A stretch of DNA of 48,614 nucleotides, taken from Chara braunii (taxonomy: Eukaryota; Plantae; Charophyceae). Made by a program: the position numbers and the translations under genes. The first letter of the stretch is position 1. Every line of letters starts with the position of its first letter. A model generated the notes under the pieces. The model did no database searches. It had not been told where the DNA came from and saw nothing but the letters and a program-made list of their open reading frames with translations. The stretch lies in assembly GCA_003427395.1 (NCBI GenBank), contig BFEA01000043.1, positions 4,514,632-4,563,245 on the forward strand. Reading direction: 5' to 3'. Shown piece by piece: positions 35,332 through 46,705 of the stretch.

Positions 35332-35802
35332 NNNNNNNNNNNNNNNNNNNNNNNNNNNNNNNNNNNNNNNNNNNNNNNNNNNNNNNNNNNNNNNNNNNNN
35401 NNNNNNNNNNNNNNNNNNNNNNNNNNNNNNNNNNNNNNNNNNNNNNNNNNNNNNNNNNNNNNNNNNNNNNNNNNNNNNNNNNNNNNNNNNNNNNNNNNNN
35501 NNNNNNNNNNNNNNNNNNNNNNNNNNNNNNNNNNNNNNNNNNNNNNNNNNNNNNNNNNNNNNNNNNNNNNNNNNNNNNNNNNNNNNNNNNNNNNNNNNNN
35601 NNNNNNNNNNNNNNNNNNNNNNNNNNNNNNNNNNNNNNNNNNNNNNNNNNNNNNNNNNNNNNNNNNNNNNNNNNNNNNNNNNNNNNNNNNNNNNNNNNNN
35701 NNNNNNNNNNNNNNNNNNNNNNNNNNNNNNNNNNNNNNNNNNNNNNNNNNNNNNNNNNNNNNNNNNNNNNNNNNNNNNNNNNNNNNNNNNNNNNNNNNNN
35801 NN

Positions 35803-35849
<47 letters not shown>

Positions 35850-36141
35850 GAAGTGGCCGCCATGCTTGCAGCCATAGAGGTGCGCTGAAAACCTGCACCC
35901 TACCGATAGGGGCATATGGAAAATTTTGGCGCTGGTACTCACTGGCTATCCGGTAGGGGCATACTGCAAATTTGGAATGGGTACCGGTAGGGGCATAACA
36001 AAAATATTTCAGGCCCAGCCGATGCCAGGGTTTTATGGGAAATTTGAATCGTGGTCAGAGGGGCACGACAGGGTAAGTGGGCCGTCAGAGGGGCACAACA
36101 CAAAATAATGGAAATTAGAGGGGCGCCAGACAAATTTTCCC
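34989..36141. mobile_element. Mutator-like non-autonomous element with ~85-bp TIRs, inserted in a poly-A tract
   Basis: GGGGAAATTTGTCTGGCGCCCCT...CTGTCGTGCCCCT matches the reverse complement of 36059-36141; A-tracts on both sides; internal microsatellite and gap. Confidence 0.85.
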
Positions 36142-36169
36142 AAAAAAAAAAAAAAAAAAAAAACAATAT

Positions 36170-37150
36170 TTGACATTAGCAAGATTGGAGGAGCACAATG
36201 CTCAAACAATTACCAATAACGTTCCTTTTTTTTCTTTTTTTCTTCTTTTTTTTTAATGAAAAAGTTCAAAAAGCCTTTGGAGAAAACTGACCCGTTACGG
36301 CGCTCGGCTGCAACAGGATTGGGAAATGCAATCCTCTCGAGACAAGTACCTATTGCCTTGCTGAACTGCGTCAAAATCAGGAGGTGCGATTCTTCGAGGA
36401 CACTGACACAGTGCACTATCTGGCTGCAACAAGATAGGAGAATGTAATGCACCAGAGATAAGTGCCGATTAAACCACCAGTACATTTTCCCACTATTTTT
36501 CAGAGATGCGGCACGTTAACGGCCACAACTTTGGGGGCGGGCTGCTGTTGATAAACTTTTCATTGGCGGCCGTTGTCGTGTTTTGGGCCTCCGAAAGTTG
36601 CAGTGGGGGGCCCGCAGCCGATATATGGGAAACATAAGGGTGGTTTAAGTTCTCAAACAAAGTCAGGATCGAGAAGTATAATTTTTTTTCAGTACACTTT
36701 GACACCTTACTCTATTTCAGTGCAACAGGCTGGAATGCTCCGGAGATAATTGCCAGTCAAGTTTTCGGAACTGAGTCGGAATCGAGAATTGAGAACTACA
36801 AAATGTTCTCCCAAACTTACCCCGTTATGCTATTTGGCTGCAACAGGATTTGACACAAGTACCAATTGCCTCGCTGAACTGATTTAGAATCAAGAAGTGT
36901 AATTACTTGAGAACGCTGACCTGTCATGTTATTTGACAGTACAGGGATTGACGAACGCAATGTTCCGAAGACAAGTACCTCGCTGAAGTGTACATTCTGG
37001 CGATCATTGACCCGTGACTGCCAGGCTATTCAACTCCAATGGGATTGAAGAATGCAATGTTCCGGAGAGTCATCGGAGACCAGTACCAATTACCTTGCCA
37101 ACCTGAGTCAGAATCAAGAAGTGTATTTTTTTCGAGAACACTGACCCGCC
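36170..37150. repeat. Diverged ~115-bp tandem satellite (GGCTGCAACAGGATT...GACAAGTACC.ATTGCCT.GCTGAACTG...AATCAAGAAGTG), interrupted by a MITE
   Basis: Recurring motifs near 36306, 36422, 36721, 36836, 36940 and 37040. Confidence 0.7.
36469..36648. mobile_element. Diverged TTAA-family MITE
   Basis: TTAAACCACCAGTACATTTTCCCA...TGGGAAACATAAGGGTGGTTTAA. Confidence 0.7.
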
Positions 37151-38528
37151 TTGATGTTAGATCGCTAAAGGGTCAAGACATGCATTTCTTTTATGAAAAG
37201 TGTGACGCGCAACCTCACCCCAGCACGACTTCCTGATCAGAGTGGGAGTGGGCCCGGAAGTGTGAAAAAGGGGGTGTGCCAAGGATTTTAGGAAAGCCGG
37301 GTGGAATCACAGGTCGGAACTGGGATCTCCTGTGTCAAGGTTCCAAGGACCAAAATGCAAAGAGGTGCAGACGGACAGGAGACTTTCTCAGCTCGTGGCT
37401 TCCATGGCCAGGTACTAAGGACAGCCGGGTTTGGTGTTTAAGGTGGGTCCGTATGCGGTTAAATGGTGATAGGAGAGAATAAGATAGCGGGGAGGGAACT
37501 CAGCTTCTATGATGACGAGCCCGGGCTCAGCGAAAACCTGAAACGTTTGCGTGTTGGGGTATTGCGGGATCTGGGTGATGCAGCCTATGGCTTGCCGTAT
37601 ATCCCACTCGCATACACACTCATCTCCCGTCTGCTGCAGGAAGTCGGGGAGCCTCGATCGCAATCGATGAGAGAAAATATACGCTTCCCCGATATTCCAG
37701 GTACTCGTGGTCCCTCAAGCAATCACAATCTGTTACTCAGAAACGGACACTGAATTCCAACCAACGAATTCACCTTAATGCAATCATGTTCCTACCCATG
37801 CAGAAGTATACCAATCAGTACAGCCCCGGGCGTGAGTGCCTTGCGTACACAGGACGCCGAGGACGGGCTGATTTACTGGCCAACTGTAACGTATACATGT
37901 GGCCCAAGATCCATTCGTAACGCAACTCGAGGCGGCCAACTTCTCTATTTCCCTTCAATACCCGCATTCCCCAATCATTCCATCTCCAGACATAAACGGG
38001 AATTATGCACGCAAAAATTGGACGATCCAACCGCAATCATCACTTGTGACATCATCCATAAAAGAAAGAAATACGAGAGAACTCCGCAGAAAGGAGTAAG
38101 TCATACAATCGTACAAAAAATCCAAAATTACAAAGGCAAAAATGGCAGAAGCCGAAACCAAAATTCTTAGAAGGCAAGGAGAGAAGTTCACACACACCCC
38201 AGCGCGTTGTACGCTCTCACCACTTCACCATCCTCCTCCTTACTCCGATGCAGACAGTCCGTTGCCTTGGACCTACCAACAACCCAGAGTTGCCATCCTG
38301 CTTAGCCCGAGTATGCACGCCGGGTTCGCCCGTGCCCTGCAGTCCGTCATCGCCACACGTCAACCCCGCACACTCACCACGAGCTCGTCGGATCACCCAA
38401 CCCTGAACTCACCTCCATATATGCCTATACTCGTTAGTCGATCCTCTCGACCGCACTAACTCCACAAGTTTAGATTAGAGAGCGATTTTGTCGAGCTTGT
38501 GAAATTTATATCAATTAGCATTTGTGTG

Positions 38529-38895
38529 AAACTACTATGGTACCATGGCTTATGCTAATGCTTAGAGTGCAAGTAGTGATCTGCACCGACACTTATCGGC
38601 CTGACCCAAACGTCTTCGTGCAGACATTACCCTAACTCTAATGTTGAGGACGACTCGGGCACATGTGGGATCCATGCATATGTAGTCATCCCCCATCTGC
38701 ACCTCATCCCACAAAATCTATGGGCAGTGAACCTCCCTTCCACCAGGATGCGACATTCCGCTCTCCCCTATCCTAAGCATGATGCCTTCCTACCTAGGTT
38801 CCCCAAGAATCCACAATCCCAACGAATTCCCCCAATGAGAATTCTGACAGACCACAGCCTGGATGAAGCACCACCCGCAGGCATAGTGAGATGCC
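38529..38895. repeat. 367-bp direct repeat, copy 1 (candidate 3' pseudo-LTR)
   Basis: Ungapped match to 46339-46705 with 9 mismatches by manual count. Confidence 0.95.
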
Positions 38896-39952
38896 AACAC
38901 GGAGGGTCGCCACGCATCTTGAGAGCTTCCGCCGACCGATTCGTAAAACTAGAGGCGTGTCGAGATCGATTGGAGGAAGCACCAACCTCAACTTGGCAAC
39001 CTCCCAGCCACCGGGACAAAGCAGCTTACGCAGATAGCATTCGCCCTACCCACAACAGACCATCAACGCTAACCATACTAAGCGCAACACCCCCAGCGCC
39101 AAGGATTAATCGGGCCACGTGTAAAACAAAGCAACACCCATGCCGCGAGCAGGAATCACAAATGAAAAGGAGATGAGAGCAAAGCCCATACCCGCAATAA
39201 GGAATGTAGAAAGGGCGAGTGCAGAGCCGATAGCGCAGGGCCAAATGAGGGAAGCAGCGGCAGACGGGGGCAACGCCTGCGCAGGGCAGGTCGTCTAGTG
39301 GGGACCACGCATCCATGCAAAGTCCATAGCAAGCGGGCAAATACCAACCCCAAGTGCGAGCGAAAGAGCAAAAAGGAGGGGACATGCCAACGAGAGGGAA
39401 CATGTAAGAAAGAGAAAGGATCTGCGGCAGATATCCATAGCGGCAGCCCGGCTAGGCAATCAGAATGCAAGAAGAGGCTACAGCTCGCCGAACCCTCCGT
39501 ATCCCTACGCTTTGCACCACCCAGGAGTTGCCGACATCGAATAGTTGCAGCGAACGATAGACGAGTAGAACATCACCGTCTGCGTATCCAAGAAGGCGAG
39601 GAAGGAAAAATATGCCTAGCAGATCACGCAAAAGGACCCAAGTAGATGGGCAATGGCGAGAAGCTCCATATCTTCAAATCCTCCGTCCGCAAAAAGGTCA
39701 CTGTCGATCGTTCAACAACTCTGGTGACGATGCGAGAAGTTCCTACAGCAATCAGATAGACACCACAGCATACGGCAAAAGACATCCACAACGTAGAGAC
39801 CGGGGAAAACACGGAGGGGTTAAATCATACACATGAGGGGAGAGAGATGATGATGGGCGTGGGGAGCGAATAGGGGGCCAGGGAGTAAAAAAAAAGGTCC
39901 CAATTCGATAACGCGGCTCATTGAATGCCGACGTGGGGTAAGTGGGTAGTGG

Positions 39953-40012
39953 ATCTCGCCCTTAAGTACTTTTCACCGGTTTCCACAAACACCGGATCTT
40001 CAGAGAACAAAG
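39953..40012 (-). ncRNA. Type I hammerhead ribozyme (PLE-type, palindromic short stem III)
   Basis: Minus strand UUUGUUCU-CUGAAGA-U-CCGGU-loop-ACCGG-U-GAAA-AGUACU-UA/AGGGCGAG: intact core, stem II, palindromic stem III, and stem I with G-U pairs. Confidence 0.8.
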
Positions 40013-41303
40013 CAACTTCCACAACGTATCGAAAGGGACAGGAATACTAGCGGGGGACATGAATACTAGCGGGCAATGCCCATATTCCGTCAAGACGAAG
40101 AATGTTGCAGACAGCCAGGGAGAGAGGTCAGCCACCGACATTCCACGCAACCGGAGACAGCCATGCTATGTCCATTTGATCACCTGGCAAGAGACATCCA
40201 TACGGAACGAGGGAGGGGGTTGGGGGTGGGTGGTGGGTTCAATTATGGGGAGTTATAGAATTACGGTGATAGCTGCCATGGCCAAGATACGGCGCTTGTC
40301 CTCCACAAAACACGTCGCTGCTCAAGCCGACGAGCGCAGGCCTCCAAGGGTCAGCGCGGAGTTCACCTACGCGTGGTGATAAGAATGCGGTGGTTGATGG
40401 CGATAGTGTGGGGCGTAGTAATGTTGGTTACGCAGCGACAGCTCTCCACCACTCAAGGAGCCAAACAGCGGTCGCACCCTCTCGTGAAGGCGGCTATCAA
40501 GCGCGGGGAGCAGCCCCAAGGCACAGGCTCAGGCACCCCAGTCGGAGCGTGACGGCAGGGCCCTACGTGTGACAATCCAAAAGCCCAGTCGCGCAGCATA
40601 GGAATGGTAGCGTTGTGCTTGCGAACGCCAAGCTATGATGTGCGAGCTACGAATACTCCAAAGGGAGGCGCGTCATCACCGAGGAATGAGCGCAACCCTT
40701 CGGAGGTACAGGCAACCCTACGCATCAAATTGAGCGAGTTGGGTTACTCACTTGCGTCGTATATATTCAAAAAGAGTTCCCGCCCACCAATACGAATGTC
40801 CAGGGTGGGGAATGGGTGTCGGTCGTCCAACAGTTGGCGCCAAGGTCGGTTCTCAAAATCAAAAGGGAAGGCCGGCAGTGTGAGGGGAGCCCCTGGCCTA
40901 CCAAGGCTGCAGGGATTTTCTGTGTCAATTTGGGGCGAGGATTATCAGCGCCCCAGTCCAGGCCAAGGAAGGAGGGGGGGCCAGCTGCGTGAGCGGGCCA
41001 CTATGGCTTACAAAGGTGGTAGGGACTACCTCTAGGCGTTTGGAGGCGGGAATTATCGGGACCATGGGTGAAAAAAGGAGAGGGGGGGGGGGTGGCCGCC
41101 TGAAGGGGTACAATGTTTCAATCGAGGGTGACCAAGTGCAGACCCCAACAATGTAACCATGCATATTCAGACCCTTGCATGTGTGTGTGTGTGTGTGTGT
41201 GTGTGGCCCACCCCATCCCCGCCAGGAGGTAGGCCTGCTAACTTGAAGGCAGGTAACAGGTACCTGCCTTAGGCAGGGTACCTGCTAGCTACCATAGCAG
41301 CCC

Positions 41304-43548
41304 TTAATGGTTAGGGCATACCATGACACACAGACATGGATACACACATTGGGGGTAGGAAGAGAGGTTGAGTAGGATAGGGGATCTTACAGAGAAGGCT
41401 CTCCTCGTGTCTCTGCAGCAAACTCTGGGTGCCTTAAAATCCCGAGGGGAGTTAAGGACTCTATGGACACAGGCAATGCACCTGCTAGGCTTAAAGCCAT
41501 CATCAACCATGTAAGAGACCACACACAAAATCTCTTGTGCTGCCAGGTGCGGATCGGAATGACCAGAATAATGGCAACATGAGACAGTATGATATTCAAA
41601 GATTGCTGGACAGGCCTGTTCGACGCGTATTTAACATACCTAACGACCGGGAAGTCGAGAGCGCACGTTTTATCAAACTTTGTAGTCACAAAACTTCCCT
41701 CAGTTCCAGAGGTGACAATGATATCTGCGTTGAGGAACTGAGCTTTGGACCCGTATACTTCACCTGTTGGGGAGGTAGTGAATACGTCCGTCTGGTTCTT
41801 GATGTCAATCAGGTGACGGGGGTACAGAGAAAACAGGCCCTCGCTATCCTGGTCTGGGGAAGACTGCAAGAATCTCAGGATCGATGGATTGTTAAGCACG
41901 TGCAGATCGTCGATATACTTGAAGCAATGCTCGAATAGTGGCAGGAAGTGAAAAACCCTGCGCTCTACAAGTTTCATGATGAGACTGTACTCATATTTGA
42001 AGAAGTACACAGTGCACCAGGCAGGGGAACAAGGCAATCCCATAGGGATGTTGAGGATCTGTCTCCATATTTTCCCACCCAGAGATGTGAAACAGTGTCC
42101 AACCAGCCACTGCGTGATCATGGTGACCAATTGTGAGTCCACCCAAAATCGTTCAGGGGTAGGTTCCTGGTATGGGGATCGGTCCCAAGAGCATTTGAAA
42201 TGGTTGTCCTTACCGTGCTTACATCTGATCACGGAGCCCATATGTTCCTTAGCAGCAAATTTGAAGGTCGTTTTGACAAAGAATGATGTGGCAGCAACAA
42301 GGCTATCCTCTGATTCATCGATAGGGATAGTCTCGAAACAACGGGTAATATCAGCAGAAAAAAACAAGAAGACCTTCCCCGGCAAATTGTAGCAATAATC
42401 TTGCACAGAGTCAATAACCCACCATAAGGTGGTACCAACACCATGAAAACTTCGGAGATCGTCCGCAATTTCCTTACAATTAGCCATCACCGAAGGGGTA
42501 AAGAATTTCAGCAGGGAATCACATAGGCAGGCAATCAGAGTAAGGAAGGAAAACCAGGCGTTAGTCAACCATCTGAACGTTTGCTTGTGATGTTTGTACA
42601 GCGCCATTAGGTATGGAATCCTCGCATCCCCAATGGACAGCCACGGGAGGAATCAGACAGGGACATAGACGCTTCCCCTAAAAAAAATTTAGAGGTGGAA
42701 TTGACAGATTCAAAATCCTGGTTGGAGAGGCGTTCCAGAGCCAGCTTCCTCACAAGGTGGAGGCAAACAAACGAAAAGGTGTTGGCAGACTTGTCCGTGC
42801 CCGCGATATATAGTCGCTTAGACAGAAAATCAAGTTCAGTCTTCACCATATGTAACCTCAAATCACATGGCGGTTCTTTGTAAAATCTCGATTCAAAGAA
42901 ACCTACTAGTGTTTTGAGCTTGTAAGAAAGGAAATCATGCGCTCTGGATCGCATGCCTTCCGTAATCTACATCCTGGAAGAGAGAAATTATACCAGCGTC
43001 TGCCATGCTTTGAGGAATTCATGGAAGGCTTTCCCCGGGTTTCTGGGTCGCGAGGGGATGTGGTTCAGACCATTGCATAAGAGGCCGCACAACTTACGTA
43101 TGGAGGCTATGCAAGGATAAAGGGACAAAACATGAGATGATGGGGAAACAAAATGTTGGGCCATTTCTCGAGTACAGAAGTGATGGAATGGAGCAAAATG
43201 CTTTGTCATGCAAAAACAAGTGTCGCACTTAGAGCAAGATTGCACCCAATCATCCAAGTCAAAGTCGTCGAACACCCGAACGGGTTTGTAAAGAATAGAC
43301 TCCAGGGAGCACAAATAACTCCAACCAATGACAACTTTCGACAAGAGGACCAAAGCATCCGGAGGAAAGAATAAATCAATTGTCTCCTCAAGGATAGATC
43401 TGAATCGCACAAACTCCATAATGCGGCTTGTGTATGTAATATGTACAAAGAAGCTCTTTTTCTCTGATGTCTCATTCTTCAACCGTTTATTCCTCCCCGC
43501 CAGGTCACGGGTCATAGTGTCTCCAGCCTCCTGTACACAACATAGCAA
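41304..43548 (-). pseudogene. Penelope-like reverse transcriptase (Naiad/Chlamys-like), frameshifted into pieces 42988-43548, 42607-42954, 41387-42607 and 41304-41528
   Basis: CFC...SHV, GLNHIP, DKSANTFSFVC, YKHHKQTFRW, SADITRCFETIP, QILNIPMGLPCSP, KYIDDLHVLNN, LYP, QFLNADI, KFDK, SNRP. Confidence 0.9.
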
Positions 43549-43857
43549 GTAGGTCGATTATATTACACAGTATAGACCCCCTGAAGTAAGGTATACAGGC
43601 CCTGAGCGACACGCGCCACAGGTCGCAATCCCGCAACCAAAATCCTGTACAAGGAAAGATCAAACCAACCAAATATCAGACCTACACCGCAAGTGCTTAG
43701 CACGAGGCAACCAAGACGCAGAACGAACAACTAAACTATTCGCAGCCCTGAGTATACAAGCAGAGGACAAAAACCTGTTATTCAGTCAGACACCCAGCTC
43801 GGACATCCTCAAGGGTCATGAGACCGAGAGGGTCTCTCTGTTGGCGAAAAAAAATCT

Positions 43858-45483
43858 TCAGCCGATAAACAACATTCCCTTTGAGGTCGTCAGCCCACGA
43901 CAGTCCTTTCCTCTCACTTTGCTTGAGACAGAGGGGGCCCCGTCGGCCTGCGAGGTAACTGTGGAAACAGGCGGGGACGCTTCATACTTCACCGCATCCT
44001 GCTCACGCCCAGGAGGAAACAGCTGCTGCTGAACGGGGCTTGCCACGTAGAACTCCAAAGTGGTCTGCTGACCCTTCCTCACCTTTTTAGTGGAGGAGGA
44101 CGCCTCCTCGTGGTCCTTCCTCTTTTTGCCACCAGCCCGAACGTAGCGCGAAGGGAGGATCAATTTGGCCATTGTCTTCGGAAACTTGTGCAGCATGACA
44201 GCAAGGTCGTTGAGGATATTCTGGGGGGTCCTAGACGGGTCCGTGATAACACTGTATGCCATGGAGACCATGGTATCTCTCATATGAGTGAAGACCACGG
44301 AGGCGAGCACAGGGGCCCGCCCAGTTGTCTTGGCCAAGGCCCTGAAAGCCCTGGCGCGGGACCTGAGGGTGGGGGCATTTGGGAAGAGGTAATGAAGGTC
44401 AGAGAGGAGGTACCAAAACACATGGTCGAACCGTATGATGTTCTTCCCGCAATCACCTTCCCTAGAGGAATACATTGCCACTTGATGAAGGGGCGCCCTA
44501 CGTTCCAAATAGGCTTGAGTTCGGCCATCGCAGTCTGGATCCTAGGGCCCATAAAACCTCTGACCGCCAACATACATGGGGAGGCTACGCACTTGGTGGG
44601 ATCAAAATCTCCCACAATGGGCAACTTCATATTATCCGGAGTCAATGGATGGTCACCCCTAATTAGCTCAGTGTTCTCCATGAGAGTCTTCTCGTTACAC
44701 TTCTTCATCTCATCCTCAGAGAGGGAGGCGAGGAAGCGGTACGAGTCTGCACTAATCGGGGCAACGTAATTAAAGGTGAGGAGGTCCCACAGCTTGTCAT
44801 TTACCTCCCTCGACTGTGCCTCAATCCATCTACTGGGTGCAATAGGGAGGAACGCATTCCGGGTGAACTTGTTCACCTACGCTTTGTGATTGCTCGCAAT
44901 GACCTTAGCCCTCTCCTTCCTATTATCTGCTAGAAGCTTAGCATGAAATTCCCTCTCGGCTTCAGTAAGGGATTTGGGGTCGATACCGTCCTCACCATCC
45001 GAATCTGACACATCAGCAAGGACGGAGAGGTCCTTCTGGATCAGGCCCGTATCTCCATAAGTCCACAAACACCTTTTCTTTCATAGCTATGCCATCACGG
45101 ATACACATCTCCACCAACTCATCCTCGCCTGCAATGTTACCAGCCTGTGTGACCAAGAACCTCGTGAGATCAAGAAACACAGGTCTATCATTGACAAACG
45201 TCCACAACAAATCGCCCCACTGATCAAAAGACAAAATTGTGATGAGCGGGAGTTTGGGACAAGGGTCGCCTACAGAGTGGATTCTAACGAATTCCAGGAC
45301 TTTCTTAGAGGCGAGTGAGATCAGAGCCTCCGTCGGGCGAGAAGGGGCAGGGAAGTCACCCAGCCATGCCAAATCATCGGCGAGAAGATCCGTGTACCAT
45401 CCGTTGTCAGAAAACGAAGGTACCTGCCACATGTGAAGCACAGATCTCACATTAGCCACATGGTCCCCAAGCACCAAATGCAA
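43858..45483 (-). pseudogene. Unknown accessory ORF (~540 aa when joined) upstream of the PLE RT
   Basis: Four overlapping or abutting protein-like frames (45013-45483, 44877-45068, 44280-44876, 43858-44508); two are in frame across a single TAG; basic NLS-like GGKKRKD...KKVRK. Confidence 0.6.
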
Positions 45484-46338
45484 GCATTAAAACGCATGAG
45501 AGGAGAGCAATCCCGAATTAACAAGCATACAAACCCAAACAGCCAACGCGATTAGCAAAGGAACATGGAACCCAAGTCGGTGCAAAACATGAGGTAGACC
45601 ACAACATGACGACAGGGAGTCAGACCCCGTCGACAGCAAAAAGGAGAAAGCATCCCCTGTGTGTGTCTTATCACGATACAATACTGCCGCGATCACAATC
45701 GCGGCATGTTGCGTCAATAATTCATGCGGGGAGCGCCGATAGACAGGTCAAGGTCCATATGTCACGAAACCCAGGCGACTAGGCATCCCATAAGATGACG
45801 GGGATCTACAGCTCCTAGAATTTGAAAAAAAACAGGGCTTGCCACGTAGCAAAAACCTCGAGGAAAAGCGGCGAGTGAAGCACCACACCACCCATAGAGC
45901 AATAATCTTGTCAAGTACATCCGGTATGATCGTTACAACAGGAAAAAGAGGTACCCAGCCATACTTTCGGCACGGTGTATTTATCTGGCAACTGCTCCAT
46001 AAATTCACAAAATGCCTTGCCCTGAGAACAGTCATGCACTGGTCCTAGTGAGCACAAGCCACCATCTCTTGTCATAAACATGTCGTCATTTGCAAAAAGC
46101 ACAAGTAAACAAATAACCAATCAAGTAAGTAAACAAGTAAGGCTCAGCGTGCCATCCACATCAGGCATGGGTGCGAGAGTTTTGAGCATGTACATCAGTG
46201 GGGTAGCAGCAAACATCACAGCCAAGTAATAGCACCGAAAAGTGCCGTTCTGAGCCATTGCAGACATGTCCCTGTAAAGGAGCCTACTAGGATCGGAAAA
46301 CTTGACCCAACATCAACGAGCACCACATCATCATTCCT

Positions 46339-46705
46339 AAACTACTATGGTACCATGGCTTATGCTAATGCTTAGAGTGCAAGTAGTGATCTGCACCGAC
46401 GCTTATCGGCCTGACCCAAACGTCTTTCTGCAGACATTACCCTAACTCTAATGTTGAGGACGACTCGGGCACATGTGGGATCCATGCATATGTAGTCATC
46501 CCCCATCTGCGCCTCATCCCACAAAATCTATGGACAGTGAACCTCCCTTCCACCAAGATGCGATATTCCGCTCTCCCCTATCCTAAGCATGATGCCTTCC
46601 TACCTAGGCTCCCCAAGAATCCACAATCCCAACGAATTCCCCCAATGAGAATTCTGACGGACCACAGCCTGGATGAAGCACCACCCGCAGGCATAGTGAG
46701 ATGCC
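46339..46705. repeat. 367-bp direct repeat, copy 2 (candidate 5' pseudo-LTR)
   Basis: Match to 38529-38895. Confidence 0.95.

Larger units (their letters stand above)
38529..46705 (-). mobile_element. Large Penelope-like retroelement (Naiad/Chlamys-type RT), multi-ORF, with hammerhead ribozyme, flanked by 367-bp direct repeats
   Basis: PLE RT motifs, co-oriented upstream ORF, HHR at 39953-40012, direct repeats at both ends; exact boundaries depend on how the repeats are interpreted. Confidence 0.8.

Noticed and set aside
37201-38528. LTR-retrotransposon LTR (TGTGACG start; purine tract then TG at 37264-37276)
   Set aside because: No second LTR, PBS, matching CA end, TSD or gag/pol seen; kept only as an alternative hypothesis for the 367-bp repeat
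45748-46338. Candidate N-terminal GIY-YIG endonuclease of the PLE
   Set aside because: No GIY/YIG-type motif or R..EH pattern in the frames examined
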